A stretch of 64,000 nt of DNA from Myxococcota bacterium. Lineage in GTDB: Bacteria > Myxococcota_A > SURF-8. The notes beneath the pieces were generated by a model, which saw only the letters and a list, made by a program, of their open reading frames with translations, searched no databases and had not been told where the DNA came from. Location: assembly GCA_965140415.1 (NCBI GenBank), contig OZ223209.1, positions 1,856,001 through 1,920,000 on the forward strand, in the 5' to 3' direction. Below are positions 18,187 to 28,771 of the stretch, in pieces (position 1 is the first letter of the stretch; every line of letters starts with the position of its first letter). Position numbers and translations under genes: made by a program.

Positions 18187-18759
18187 TTAAAACAGAATGC
18201 CGTGTTCGCGCAGGATGTTGAAGCCGATGCCGATCAATACCACGCCGCCGACGATTTCCGCCACCGGTCCGATGCGCTTGGCCGAACCGAGCAAACGACC
18301 CAGGTGCAGCCCGCTTGCCGTCAATACAAGCGCCACCACTCCGATAACTAAGGCCGGGAACCAGGCATCGACTTCCAACAGGGAGAAGCCCAGTCCCACC
18401 GCAAGTGCATCGATACTGGTTGCTACGGAAAGAAAGACCATGGTACCGCCGCGTGTGGGGTCTTTGCAGGCTTCGTTTTCCTCTTTGCGTGTTAGAACGT
18501 CGTAGATCATACGGCCGCCTACAAACAGCAGTAAGGCAAACGCCACCCACGGCGCAATGTTCATGACGAAGGGGCGTATTGCCGTGCCCAGCGTCCAGCC
18601 GATCAAGGTCATTCCCGCCTGGAACAGACCGAAATGCCAGGCCAGCCGAAAGGTCTGGCGTGTATCGACCTTGCGAAGCATGACACCGGTGGCTACCGCC
18701 ACGGAAAAGGCATCCACGGCCAGAGCAATTGCCACCAGAAAAACCGAAATGAAATCCAT
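18187..18759 (-). CDS. mntP: Manganese efflux pump MntP family
   Basis: AIALAVDAFSVA, FGLFQAGM and ATSIDALAVG; SD GGGAG before ATG 18759. Confidence 0.9.
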   Translation of the reverse strand: MDFISVFLVAIALAVDAFSVAVATGVMLRKVDTRQTFRLAWHFGLFQAGMTLIGWTLGTAIRPFVMNIAPWVAFALLLFVGGRMIYDVLTRKEENEACKDPTRGGTMVFLSVATSIDALAVGLGFSLLEVDAWFPALVIGVVALVLTASGLHLGRLLGSAKRIGPVAEIVGGVVLIGIGFNILREHGILF

Positions 18760-18962
18760 TGTATCTCCCGACATCCGTCAGCACGTCCAAATCAGTGTAC
18801 ATTGAGTCTGTATTTCGCGCCAAATTATTCCCAACGTCGGTTTCCAGATTAAAAAATGGAAATAACCCGAGGATTTCCTTTATCCTGCATACAACGCATG
18901 TACAGCACGATCATACAGCGATGTTCAACAGATAAATTCGAGTTCAAAAAGAGGAGGCAATT

Positions 18963-19424
18963 ATGGTGGAAGAAGGCAAAAAGATTCCGGCATTTTCCTT
19001 GCCGGATCAATCGGGCGAAAAGAAGAAACTGAAGGATCTGGCGGGTGAACAGGGGGTAATCCTGTATGTTTATCCCAAAGACAATACCCCGGGATGTTCC
19101 ACCGAGGCGCAGGATTTCCGCGACCGGGCGGATGACTTGAAAAAGCTCGGCTATAACGTGGTGGGTATCAGTAAGGACTCGGTGCAGTCGCACTGCAATT
19201 TTACCGACAAGTTCGAACTGAACTTTCCGCTGCTTTCCGATCCCGACGTGAAACTGATCGAGCCGCTGGGTGCGTGGGGAGAAAAGAAAAACTACGGCAA
19301 AACCTACATGGGGATCATTCGCAGCACCTTCGTGATCGACAGCAAGGGCAAACTGCTGCGCGCCTATCGTAACGTGCGTGCCAAGGGACATGCCGAGCGT
19401 GTCTATAAGGATTTGACGAGTTGA
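18963..19424 (+). CDS. bcp: Peroxiredoxin BCP/PrxQ
   Basis: YPKDNTPGCSTEAQDFRD, GISKD, LLSDPD and RSTFVID. Confidence 0.93.
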   Translation: MVEEGKKIPAFSLPDQSGEKKKLKDLAGEQGVILYVYPKDNTPGCSTEAQDFRDRADDLKKLGYNVVGISKDSVQSHCNFTDKFELNFPLLSDPDVKLIEPLGAWGEKKNYGKTYMGIIRSTFVIDSKGKLLRAYRNVRAKGHAERVYKDLTS

Positions 19425-19433
19425 TCGACGCGG

Positions 19434-20210
19434 TTATTTGCGTCGACCCATTAAAAAGCGCTGGTTTTTCTTTAACCAGCGTTCCGCTTCTTCATAACGC
19501 GGGTAGCGATTCATCCACTGCTTGAAACGTCTGCCGTGGCGGATGTGTCGCCCGTTGACAACTTCGCTTTTAATGTGTGCGTGTATCATCTCGTGGTACA
19601 GGATCGACTCCACCACGTAGGCGGGAACGCGTTTGTGATCCAGCACCGGATGCATGCGGATCAGGTTCTGATCTTCCGAGTAGCTACCCAGCTTGATCGA
19701 ACGCCTGCGACGTGAAAGACCCACGGACATCCAGGTCAATCCGGCATCGATGCTGTTGTCGAAGTAGCGCCGGTTCAATTCATCGAATATCGGTTTCAGA
19801 TCGTACTGTTGCCCCTGTGGGTGTTGCTGCACATGGCGTTTTTTAGGGGGGGCTTGCTTTCGTGCCTGGGCGATATGACGGTTGATAAAGGTGTTGAGTG
19901 CAGCCGGCCATTTCTTTCGTCGACGTTCTACCACGGCAGCGATCTGCTCGATCAGTTTGTCCGGAGCCTGTTGAAACATGTTGTGAATGCGAAGTTGCGG
20001 CGGTGTACGATCGGTGCGGTAGGAAATCATGGTGCTACGGTTACGAGTCCACACGATGCGCCAGTTCAATGCGGTTGCTTTATCAAAAAGCCGCTCGAAA
20101 TGTTCGTTCGGTTTTTCCTGCCCGTCATCCGTGCATGTTTCGAAATGGAAAAGCAGCGGCAAAGGAAGCTGAATGAACGTTGGTTTCGGTCGTGAGGTCG
20201 ATCTGGGCAT
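19434..20210 (-). CDS. SprT-like zinc metallopeptidase
   Basis: DL..IFDELN.RYF, KLGSY, I..HPVLD and YHEMIH. Confidence 0.7.
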   Translation of the reverse strand: MPRSTSRPKPTFIQLPLPLLFHFETCTDDGQEKPNEHFERLFDKATALNWRIVWTRNRSTMISYRTDRTPPQLRIHNMFQQAPDKLIEQIAAVVERRRKKWPAALNTFINRHIAQARKQAPPKKRHVQQHPQGQQYDLKPIFDELNRRYFDNSIDAGLTWMSVGLSRRRRSIKLGSYSEDQNLIRMHPVLDHKRVPAYVVESILYHEMIHAHIKSEVVNGRHIRHGRRFKQWMNRYPRYEEAERWLKKNQRFLMGRRK

Positions 20211-20212
20211 GG

Positions 20213-21103
20213 TTATTCGATAAGATGACCCATGCGGGAAAAGCGGATGCCGTCCAGAGATGAACTGGACCACCACACGACGATGGCTCGTCCCTTCACG
20301 TTATCCAGCGGCACTTGGCCCCACACGCGGCTGTCGGCGCTGTTGTCGCGGTTGTCACCCATGACGAAAAGGTGTCCTTCTTCCACGATATATTCGCCGC
20401 CCTGGTGATTGCGGCGCGGGTTGTAGATTAGATCGAATTCCGCCTCGCCCAGCTTTGCCGGACGCAGGACGCAGTCCCGTTTGTCACCACTGACTTCATC
20501 GTTGTAGGTATACAGCGCTTCCTTGCCTAGTTCCACTTTCTCACCGTTGACGAACACATCCTCGCCACTGACGCGGATGCGGTCGCCTGGCAGGCCGACG
20601 ACTCGTTTGATGTAGTCTTTGGATGGATCGTGCGGATAAACGAAGACAATCACTTCTCCGCGCTTGGGCTGGCCCCATTCCACGATGCGCTTGTTGATGA
20701 TCGGGAGCCGGATGCCGTAGATGAACTTGTTTACAAAGATATGATCGCCTACCAATAGGGTCGGGATCATCGAACCGGAAGGAATTTTGAAGGCTTCCAA
20801 CACGAAAGTGCGTAGAAACAGTGCGATTAACAGCGCCACTAATAGCGACTCGGTCCAGTCGCGCAATGCACTTTTTCGTGCAAAGGAGAAGTCGTTGTCC
20901 AGTAGCGCCTGTAGATTTCGCAATTCCCGGCGGCAATCGACAAGTTCCTCTGTCTCAAATGCCCGCTCCAACGCGCTTAACGTCTGCAAAAGCGGTTCCA
21001 TCTGAGAAGCAGTCAGTTTGGCGCTCCATTTTGAGATGATGCGTCGTGCTTCTTTAACTGGATAGCGTGCTTCATTTCTGCATTTGCGAATATCACGATT
21101 CAA
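20213..21103 (-). CDS. lepB: Signal peptidase I with an N-terminal helical extension
   Basis: IPSGSMIPTLLVGD, DYIKRVVGLPGD and GDNRDNSADSRVWG. Confidence 0.95.
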   Translation of the reverse strand: MNRDIRKCRNEARYPVKEARRIISKWSAKLTASQMEPLLQTLSALERAFETEELVDCRRELRNLQALLDNDFSFARKSALRDWTESLLVALLIALFLRTFVLEAFKIPSGSMIPTLLVGDHIFVNKFIYGIRLPIINKRIVEWGQPKRGEVIVFVYPHDPSKDYIKRVVGLPGDRIRVSGEDVFVNGEKVELGKEALYTYNDEVSGDKRDCVLRPAKLGEAEFDLIYNPRRNHQGGEYIVEEGHLFVMGDNRDNSADSRVWGQVPLDNVKGRAIVVWWSSSSLDGIRFSRMGHLIE

Positions 21104-21155
21104 CGGACCACTTTCTTTCTAGCCAGACTTTGGTGACAAATCCAATGGCGCAGGC

Positions 21156-21184
21156 ATTATAGGTCTGCCATGGAGAAAAGTAAA
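21156..21184 (-). promoter_or_regulatory. Sigma70 promoter of lepB
   Basis: TTTACT-17 nt-TATAAT. Confidence 0.6.
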
Positions 21185-21387
21185 GCGAGTGTCTAACAAT
21201 ATGAATTTAAATCGTTTTCCTTTAATTTGGCAATCATTTTGCTGCGAATATGATGGCTATTTCGGAAACGGATATCTGCCATGCATCATGATTGCTCACT
21301 CCCTCTAATAAAATACAACCTACCGGGTTGGCTATTTGTTCCCAATTCTTCAATATTTTATGATTTGTATTGCAGCAGTTCTGGATT

Positions 21388-23184
21388 TTAAGGTGTGGGT
21401 TGTATTCCCTGACTTTCAAGTAACTTGCGATAGGGACCGTTTTGGGCCGTCAGTTGTTCCGGTCTGCCTTCTTCCACGACTCGTCCCTGATGCATTACCA
21501 CTACTTTGTCGGCGTGGCGCACGCTGGATAGGCGGTGGGCGATCATCAGCACCGTTCGTTCCTGGCCAATTTCTTCGATAGCCCTGGCGATGGCCGCTTC
21601 GTTATGGGCATCGAGCGCGCTGGTGACTTCATCCAGCACGATGACCGGTGCACCTTTGATAAACGCCCGCGCCAGCGCCACCCGTTGTCGTTCGCCTTCG
21701 GACAAGCGCGCCCCACCTTCTCCGATAGGAGTGTGAAGTCCCTGCGGCAGATTTTCGATCAACGTTCGCAGTTGCGCCCGTTCGATTGCTTCCCATAGTT
21801 GAGCTTCCTTAGCCTCCGGTCGTGCCAGTTGGATGTTTTCGCCAATGGTTGTATCGAAGAGCAAAGGTCGCTGTTCGACGCTCACAACCAGGCGGCGTAT
21901 GCTATCCAGGGTGATGTCGGATAAAGCGATGCCGTCGATTGTGATGCGACCCGTGTCCGGCTCGAAATGCCGCAGTAACAGTCGAAGCAGTGTACTTTTT
22001 CCTGCGCCCGATTCTCCAACGAGGGCAACTGTTTGCCCGGCTTGCAGGGAAAAATCGACGCCGCAAAGCGCCTGCCGTTCTCCATAACCGAAGTGGAGAT
22101 TTTCGAAGCATAAACGGTCGTGAAGTTCTTCGACCTGTTGCCGTCCTCGATCCAATTGGCGTTCATCCGGCCAGTCGAGCAATTCGAATACCCGGTCCGC
22201 CCCGGCCCGCCCCGATTGGATGTAAGTATTGACGCGCCCTAGGTTTTTCATGGGTTCATAGAGTAATAGCAGGCTGGCGAAAAAGGAGACGAAATGCTCC
22301 GGCGCCAGTTCACCGCTACCGATGCGCCGCGCCGCCAGCCAGATCGTGGCGCCCAGTCCCACTGCGCCGATGATTTCCATCAATGGAGAAGCCAGCGCCC
22401 GAATTCGGAATGAACGCAGGCTGGCACCAAGATAGGCGCGATTACTGGTTTTAAAACGTTTCAGGCGTTGCTGGCTCAAGTTGAAATCGCGAATGACGCG
22501 TTGGGCGCGGATGTCTTCGCGCACGTGAGAAACGATGTCGGATACCTGCCGCTGGCGGTCGGTGGCGGTGTTTTTCAGTCGCTTTCCCACGTTTACGATC
22601 GGCCAGGCTACAAGCGGCAGAATCACCAGCGTGACCAGCGCCAACCGCCAGTCCAGCCACAGCGCCAAACCCAGTAAAACCAAGACCTTCATGCTGTCGG
22701 AAACCACCGTGGCGGCGGCGTGAGTGACCGCTTCCTGTAAAAGCGGCAAGTCCGAAGCGATGCGTGATATCAGGTCGCCACTTGGTGTTAGGTCATAGCG
22801 CTCCACCGGCAGGCGGTGTAGTTTTTGCAGCAGATCCGCGCGCAGATGATACACACCGCGTTCCCCCACCCAGCCCATCAAGTAGAACTTTCCGTACTGT
22901 GAGGCACCTTTAAGCAGCGCGGAGAACAAAATCAGCAGAGGCAGCGCCCACAGGAGATAGTCGCTGCGTTCCAACTGAGGTTCTAGCCCCATCCCGCGCA
23001 AAAACGAGGTTAAACTGTCCTGTTCTTTCAAGCCGCCAGTGAAGAGGAACTTGACAACCGGTCCGATTAAGTAGGCATACAAGCCGGTTGCAAGAGCATT
23101 GGTTACCATGCAGACCAGCGCCGCCAGAAATCCGGGAAGACCTGGATGCAGATAATGCAGGATTCGCTGCGTGGTCGAGGTCAT
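21388..23184 (-). CDS. MsbA-like ABC exporter (fused TMD-NBD)
   Basis: Hydrophobic N-terminal TMD; GESGAGKST, LSEGERQR and LDEVTSALD. Confidence 0.88.
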   Translation of the reverse strand: MTSTTQRILHYLHPGLPGFLAALVCMVTNALATGLYAYLIGPVVKFLFTGGLKEQDSLTSFLRGMGLEPQLERSDYLLWALPLLILFSALLKGASQYGKFYLMGWVGERGVYHLRADLLQKLHRLPVERYDLTPSGDLISRIASDLPLLQEAVTHAAATVVSDSMKVLVLLGLALWLDWRLALVTLVILPLVAWPIVNVGKRLKNTATDRQRQVSDIVSHVREDIRAQRVIRDFNLSQQRLKRFKTSNRAYLGASLRSFRIRALASPLMEIIGAVGLGATIWLAARRIGSGELAPEHFVSFFASLLLLYEPMKNLGRVNTYIQSGRAGADRVFELLDWPDERQLDRGRQQVEELHDRLCFENLHFGYGERQALCGVDFSLQAGQTVALVGESGAGKSTLLRLLLRHFEPDTGRITIDGIALSDITLDSIRRLVVSVEQRPLLFDTTIGENIQLARPEAKEAQLWEAIERAQLRTLIENLPQGLHTPIGEGGARLSEGERQRVALARAFIKGAPVIVLDEVTSALDAHNEAAIARAIEEIGQERTVLMIAHRLSSVRHADKVVVMHQGRVVEEGRPEQLTAQNGPYRKLLESQGIQPTP

Positions 23185-23933
23185 GACACCAACTCGTCTT
23201 CCAGCAGTTCCAAGGTTCGCAAGGCTCTTGGAACCTGAGACTGCAACAGCGAGCGACTGACCGCCTCGATCTGATGCAGCATCTCACGCGACAGACGAAT
23301 CGTTCCCAACCCGTGCAAAGGACCGTCCAGAATGCGTTGCATTGCGTAGCGCGTTGCATCCGAAATGGGAATCAATCGGGCAGGATATGCCGTCCCCGCT
23401 CGGGCAATCATCAACTGGCGGTCGGGGTCGAAGTAGGATTCGCCGCTTAACTCCTGGCCGCAATCGCCACAGAAACTTAAATCCGGACGATTTCCCAAGA
23501 GATCCAGCATGCGAAGTTCAAAGAAGATGCGGTGCTTGATACTGGCTTTTGCTTGTTTGAGTCGCCCCAGAAAGAATAGCACTAACTCGAAAACCTCCGG
23601 GTATTGTTCGCCTTCTACCAGTAGCAGATCCAGTAGTTCACAATAATGCGAGGCCAGATAAATCGATGCCAATGAGCCGTGTAGTTCGGCATGGGCGTCG
23701 ATCAATTCGGCCTGCTGCAATCGATCCAGATCCTGGTCCCGACGCACGGAAGAGACGATCTGAAGGTGGGCGAAAGGCATCAGAGCGCCGGAAAAACGTT
23801 TACGGCTTTTACGTGCATTCTGTGCAAAAACGTTTCGCCGTCCCCGATTATGTGTCAGTAGGTGCAGGATACAGTTCGCTTCGCCCGTTTCGATCACCTT
23901 GAGCACCACGGCTTCGTCGGTAAAGGAGGGCAT
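23181..23933 (-). CDS. recO: DNA repair protein RecO
   Basis: AVVLK....GEAN....LLT...G...A.NARKSRKRF.GAL.PF and FFELRML..LG..P....C..C; true start taken as the internal ATG at 23933. Confidence 0.9.
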   Translation of the reverse strand: MPSFTDEAVVLKVIETGEANCILHLLTHNRGRRNVFAQNARKSRKRFSGALMPFAHLQIVSSVRRDQDLDRLQQAELIDAHAELHGSLASIYLASHYCELLDLLLVEGEQYPEVFELVLFFLGRLKQAKASIKHRIFFELRMLDLLGNRPDLSFCGDCGQELSGESYFDPDRQLMIARAGTAYPARLIPISDATRYAMQRILDGPLHGLGTIRLSREMLHQIEAVSRSLLQSQVPRALRTLELLEDELVS

Positions 23934-23941
23934 TGGCGTAC

Positions 23942-25297
23942 CTAGAAAATGAGAAGAGTGGCCATTGCCATGTAAATGTACATGCTGACCAGATCCATGG
24001 AAGTTGTGACTAGCGGTCCGGTGGCAATGGCCGGGTCGATCTTCAAGCGGGTGAGGGCCATCGGTACGGCACCACCCATTAAGGCAGCTATCAGCATCCC
24101 TGAAGCCTGTGAAACACCGACGACAATTGCGATATTGCCCACACTGGTACCGAACTGTATTTGCGCCACCGTCCCGATTGCCGCACCGTAGATCAATCCC
24201 AAACAAAGGCCGGTCATCGCTTCGATACCGACTGTTGATAAAAAGCGTGAACCATCGACTTTGCCGATAGCAAGACCACGTACGATAATGGTGGCGGATT
24301 GCTGGCCGACATTTCCTGACATTCCTAATATCACCGGGAAAAATGCGGTCAATGCAACTACGCCGGACAGTTTCTCTTCGTAGTAGCCAATCAGGTGCAT
24401 TACGAAAATGCCGCCGATCCAGGTCGCCAATAACCATGGTAAGCGACTGAGAACGTTGGTTTTTAAAGAGTAATCCTCCAGCAGTTCTTCGTCTGCACCG
24501 ACCAGTTTCAGGATATCCTCGGTATCCTCTTCGCGGATAACGTCGATGACATCATCGACTGTGATGATACCGATAACGTGGTTCTCTTCATCCACTACCG
24601 GAACGGCCAGCAAATCGTAACGGGCGATCATGCGCGCGACGTCTTCCTGGTCGCGATCCGGGCGAACCTTTGTAATGTCGGTTTCCATCAGGTCGCTGAA
24701 AAGCGTGTCTTCCTGCGCTTGAACCAGTTCACGCAGCGAGGCTACACCTGCGAGACGATCTTCTTCATCCAATGCATAGATGTAGAAAACCATTTCGGCT
24801 TCTTCACCGCTTTCCTGAATGGCCTGCAACACCTGGCGACAGGTATATGTTGCCGGAACGGCGATGAAATCGGTGGTCATCAAACCACCGGCGGTGTCTT
24901 CATCGTAGCCGATCAGTCCTTGCAGATCTTCGCGGTCGTCTTTTTTCATACGACCCAGAATCGCCTTGACCTTTTCCTCGCCCAAATCCTGGATAAGGTC
25001 GGCGGCATCATCATCGGACATGTATTGGATAATATCGACGATATCGTCTACGGAATAATCGGCGATCAGACGATCTGAAATGGATTGGTCCAGATTTTCG
25101 AGCAACTCGGCCCGCTGCTCCGAATTCTCCAGCAGGCCGAATAAAATTTCCTGATCGTCATCGTCTAAAAATCGAAAGGCTACCGCGAGGTCGGCCAAGT
25201 GGACGCGGCGGATGATATCCTGCACGCGCCGATACGCTCGCTTGCGCAAAAGCTTGGCGATTGTGTTGAGCAACACTTGTAATTTGCGTGAAAGCAC
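23942..25297 (-). CDS. mgtE: Magnesium transporter MgtE
   Basis: H.ADLA, DDAAD, TAGGLMT, CBS pair, GNVGQQS and DPAIATGPLVTTSMD. Confidence 0.95.
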   Translation of the reverse strand: MLSRKLQVLLNTIAKLLRKRAYRRVQDIIRRVHLADLAVAFRFLDDDDQEILFGLLENSEQRAELLENLDQSISDRLIADYSVDDIVDIIQYMSDDDAADLIQDLGEEKVKAILGRMKKDDREDLQGLIGYDEDTAGGLMTTDFIAVPATYTCRQVLQAIQESGEEAEMVFYIYALDEEDRLAGVASLRELVQAQEDTLFSDLMETDITKVRPDRDQEDVARMIARYDLLAVPVVDEENHVIGIITVDDVIDVIREEDTEDILKLVGADEELLEDYSLKTNVLSRLPWLLATWIGGIFVMHLIGYYEEKLSGVVALTAFFPVILGMSGNVGQQSATIIVRGLAIGKVDGSRFLSTVGIEAMTGLCLGLIYGAAIGTVAQIQFGTSVGNIAIVVGVSQASGMLIAALMGGAVPMALTRLKIDPAIATGPLVTTSMDLVSMYIYMAMATLLIF

Positions 25298-25386
25298 GCG
25301 TCACCTCTCGCGATATTCGCGGTTATGAACCTACACGATGGATAGGGGTCGTCTGTCATCCGTCGCCAGTCCTTAAAAGAGAAAAG

Positions 25387-26172
25387 CTAGTCCAAAAGCT
25401 GCAAGTATTTCTTGCATTCCTTCGCTTCGTCGGTCACTCCTCCCAACTCCAAACATTTTTGTAACGCTGGGCGGGCTCGCTCATTGTCGCGTGCCTGAAT
25501 TGCGGCAAGCGCCAGTTCATAATAACCGAAGAAAAACGTATCACATTGGGAAACCGCCATCGAAAGCGCATCGATCGCCGCTTCATATTCGGCATTGGCT
25601 TTATAGATCCGGCCCAGATTGTACCAGGCATGGCAGTTTTGCACATTTTCAGTTGTAGCGGATTTTAACAGTTCAACCGCTTTTGCGCTGTCACCCAGTT
25701 TGAAATAACACCAGGCCATGTTATCGAACACGACATCTTTTCGTGGGTACATGATGTCCTGGGAAGGATACTCCAGTTCCTTGACGGCTTCCTGCCAGTG
25801 ACCCTGATCCATGTGCACCGAGGCCAGTCCGATATAGGCATCCGAGAATTTCGGTTCCAGGCGGATCGCTGCTTTGAAGTATTCTTCTGAAAGTGCATGC
25901 ATTTTCTTCGAAAGGAAAATCAAGCCGTATAGATATTTTACATGTTCGTTTTTAGGATTGTACTTTTCGGCTTCTTCAAGTGAACGTAGCGCTGCGATAA
26001 TGTTTCCGTTGGAAAAATCATTGACGGCAAGCTGATAGAAATTCATTGAAGCCATGCGATCTTTATCTGTGATCTGGCCGATTCTTGGTCCGCAACCCAT
26101 TGAAAGCACTGAAAACATCGCCAACAATAGTAAAAGCGGCAGTAACGACCGTAGCGCCTTTATGCCCCACAT
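25387..26172 (-). CDS. TPR lipoprotein, PilF/Tgl pilotin-like
   Basis: Lipobox-like SMGC, TPR repeats and a Y....V..N..WCY pattern. Start is 26172 or 26214. Confidence 0.6.
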   Translation of the reverse strand: MWGIKALRSLLPLLLLLAMFSVLSMGCGPRIGQITDKDRMASMNFYQLAVNDFSNGNIIAALRSLEEAEKYNPKNEHVKYLYGLIFLSKKMHALSEEYFKAAIRLEPKFSDAYIGLASVHMDQGHWQEAVKELEYPSQDIMYPRKDVVFDNMAWCYFKLGDSAKAVELLKSATTENVQNCHAWYNLGRIYKANAEYEAAIDALSMAVSQCDTFFFGYYELALAAIQARDNERARPALQKCLELGGVTDEAKECKKYLQLLD

Positions 26173-26203
26173 CGTCTTTTTCCCTTTAGTTGCTTCAGGC
26201 CTT

Positions 26204-27013
26204 TCAACGTTCATTCGAGGACACCTTTTCCGGCTTGCGCCGCTTGTCTAGCTCGATACAAGCATAGGCGTTATGGTTGTGAATCGATTCGATATTTTCC
26301 GATTCCACCCGAAACCAGCGTACATTTGGATCGTCGCGCAGTACAACCCCGATCTCACGCACGACATCTTCCACAAAGCGGGGATTATCATACGCGCGCT
26401 CGGTTACGAATTTCTCATCCTCGCGCTTCAATAATGCGAACAATGGTCCACTGCCTGCCTGATCCACCAACTCGATCAAATCTTCCAGCCAGACGAAGCG
26501 CCGTACATCGACTTCCAACGTTACATGACCGCGCTGGTTATGCGCGCCACGCTCGGAAATCTCTTTAGAGCAGGGACAGACCGTAGTGATGGGAACCACT
26601 ACTTTCATGGTGAATGTCGCCCGGTCCTGCTCGTCGATGGTGCCATAGTAGCCCACATCGTAATCCATCAGCCCTTCCAGTCCACTGACCGGAGCCTGCT
26701 TGGTGGCGAAGTATGGAAATTCGATTTCAATATGCGCCGATTCCGCGTTGAGTCGCTTTTTGACTTCAAGCAAAATCGTTTCGAAATGCCGGATATCGAT
26801 CGAGCCGCGATATTCGTTTAGAATCTCGATGAAGCGGCTCATATGAGTGCCCTTGAACTGGTGCGGAAGATTTACATACGCGTTGATGCGAGCTACGGTG
26901 TGTTGCTCGCCACGGTTTTTATCCAGCACCGTAATCGGATAGCGCAGCCCCTTAACACCGACTTTGTCGATCGGCATGGAGCGATGATCGGGCATTTGTT
27001 GCACATCCTGCAC
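26204..27013 (-). CDS. folE2: GTP cyclohydrolase IB
   Basis: IDKVGV, KGTHMSRF, TTVCPCSKEIS..GAHNQR, FVEDVVR and ESIHNHNAYA. Confidence 0.96.
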   Translation of the reverse strand: MQDVQQMPDHRSMPIDKVGVKGLRYPITVLDKNRGEQHTVARINAYVNLPHQFKGTHMSRFIEILNEYRGSIDIRHFETILLEVKKRLNAESAHIEIEFPYFATKQAPVSGLEGLMDYDVGYYGTIDEQDRATFTMKVVVPITTVCPCSKEISERGAHNQRGHVTLEVDVRRFVWLEDLIELVDQAGSGPLFALLKREDEKFVTERAYDNPRFVEDVVREIGVVLRDDPNVRWFRVESENIESIHNHNAYACIELDKRRKPEKVSSNER

Positions 27014-27034
27014 CGGGCTTCTCCCTTTTCGATT

Positions 27035-27370
27035 CTAGCGCTCGCGCCAGTTGTCCTCCAGCCGTTCCGCCCGCTCGATAAGCGCCTGTACGCGCTTTCT
27101 TAATTCGACAAGTTCCTCTCTGCGAGGGATCTTGATTGCACGGATTTTCTGGGAAACGAATTCATCGAGTCGTTCTTCCCACATCGTGCGCGTTTTCGCC
27201 GAGCGCGTCAGCAAATCCTCAACAAGTCCAATGGCTTCTTCTTTGGAAATGCGCTCTTTTTCTTCCAACCATTTGACTGTCCGCCGAATCGTGCCTTCCG
27301 CATCGCGCCAAAACGCATAAGGCGCGGAGGCCAGATCGCTGAGCAGTTTTACAATCGGATCTTTGGACAT
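27035..27370 (-). CDS. Phasin-like (PHA granule-associated-type) small helical protein
   Basis: L.E...IS.EEA..L...L and IP.REEL.EL.KRV.AL pattern. Confidence 0.55.
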   Translation of the reverse strand: MSKDPIVKLLSDLASAPYAFWRDAEGTIRRTVKWLEEKERISKEEAIGLVEDLLTRSAKTRTMWEERLDEFVSQKIRAIKIPRREELVELRKRVQALIERAERLEDNWRER

Positions 27371-27435
27371 AGACGGTACCTTCAAGCTGCGCATCCGGCA
27401 ATGAATAATCGAGAACCAAAATCAAAGCGGGAGAG

Positions 27436-27464
27436 ATCATACTTCCTCTCTTTTGGATTGTAAA
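27436..27464 (-). promoter_or_regulatory. Promoter of the phasin-folE2-...-msbA operon
   Basis: TTTACA-17 nt-TATGAT. Confidence 0.55.
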
Positions 27465-27635
27465 GGATTTTGCCGGAATGGGGATTGTTGGAAAAACCGA
27501 GTGGATTGATTAACATGTTGATAATACAATTATATCACGGGTTTTCACCCAAATTTGATGAGATTTGAAAACTGTAAAATGGCTTCGATGTATATAAGAG
27601 GTCGGATGAAACGGCACTGTTGATTGACGCATTTC

Positions 27636-28751
27636 CTAGTGAAGCAGGGCGCTTACAACATGTTCGATTTGAGTGGTTGTCAGGGCTGGAAATAACGGCA
27701 GGGTCAATACTCGATTACTGTAATTTTCTGTAATCTTTAATTTTGCATGGTTTAGACTTTCAAACTCGCTGAAGCGATGAATCGCCGGATAATGCACGCT
27801 GGTAAAAACACCTTGCGCCTTCATCGTTTCGATGCGCCTTCGGCGATTTTCGCCTTCGGGAAGCAGGATCGGAAAGATGTGAAACGAGCCGGATTGGCGC
27901 TGGGCAAAGGGAACCGTCAGGTTTCCTGTTTGGCTCAGCAATTCACGGTACTTCGAGGTGAGTAAACGTCGTTTCTCGTTTCGTTTTAACAGCTTAGGAA
28001 GTTGGATCCGTCCGATGGCGGCGCGTAATTCATCGAAACGATAATTGTACCCCAACTGGTTTACATCATACTGACCGGCGTGACCCACTTCGCGAGTACG
28101 AGTTTCTTCCGTCATGCCGTGACTGCGCAGTCGCCGTGCGCGCTCGGCTTGCTCTGCGTCGGAGCAGAGCAGCATGCCACCTTCTCCAGTGCTCAGATTC
28201 TTGTTTCCGTAAAAGGAGAAACATCCGAAATCGCCATAGCATCCCAGCATGCGCCCGTTTTCGTCTTTGCCGGGACCGTGAGCCGCATCTTCGATCACCA
28301 TTAACCCGTGCTGTTTCGCAAGTGCGAGTATTTCCGGCATATTGGCGGCATACCCGGCATAATGGACAACGATCACCGCCTTGGTTTGCGGTGTCAAGAC
28401 ACGTTCGATCGTTTTTACGTTAAGTAAGGGGGAGGTGAGCGATTCGATATCTGCAAATACGGGAGTCGCACCAACATAGCGTACGGCATTGGCGGTCGCC
28501 ACGAATGTCAGCGACGGCAGCACGACTTCGTCGCCCGGTCCCACATTTGCCAGTCGTAACGCCAGGTGCAGTGCTGCGGTACAACTTCCTACCGCCACGG
28601 CTTCATTATTTTCATGCAGCAGGGAGAATTCACGCTCGAAAGCTTGTACCTGTTCCCCTTGCGTCAACCAGCCCGAACGCAATACCGACAGTGCCGCCTG
28701 TTGTTCGGCGGGACCGAAACTTGTGTCGAACAGTGGAATACGCTCGGTCAT
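27636..28751 (-). CDS. DegT/DnrJ/EryC1/StrS sugar aminotransferase
   Basis: SGWLTQG, SCTAALHLAL, IEDAAH, FSFYGNKNLSTGEGG and GYNYR. Confidence 0.93.
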   Translation of the reverse strand: MTERIPLFDTSFGPAEQQAALSVLRSGWLTQGEQVQAFEREFSLLHENNEAVAVGSCTAALHLALRLANVGPGDEVVLPSLTFVATANAVRYVGATPVFADIESLTSPLLNVKTIERVLTPQTKAVIVVHYAGYAANMPEILALAKQHGLMVIEDAAHGPGKDENGRMLGCYGDFGCFSFYGNKNLSTGEGGMLLCSDAEQAERARRLRSHGMTEETRTREVGHAGQYDVNQLGYNYRFDELRAAIGRIQLPKLLKRNEKRRLLTSKYRELLSQTGNLTVPFAQRQSGSFHIFPILLPEGENRRRRIETMKAQGVFTSVHYPAIHRFSEFESLNHAKLKITENYSNRVLTLPLFPALTTTQIEHVVSALLH

Positions 28752-28771
28752 GAAAAGATTCCTTCGCCGGA

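Noticed and set aside
18760-18962. yybP-ykoY Mn riboswitch upstream of mntP
   Set aside because: No GGGGAGUA-type motif on the minus strand.
25298-25386. M-box riboswitch upstream of mgtE
   Set aside because: Gap is only 89 nt, too short, and shows no consensus.
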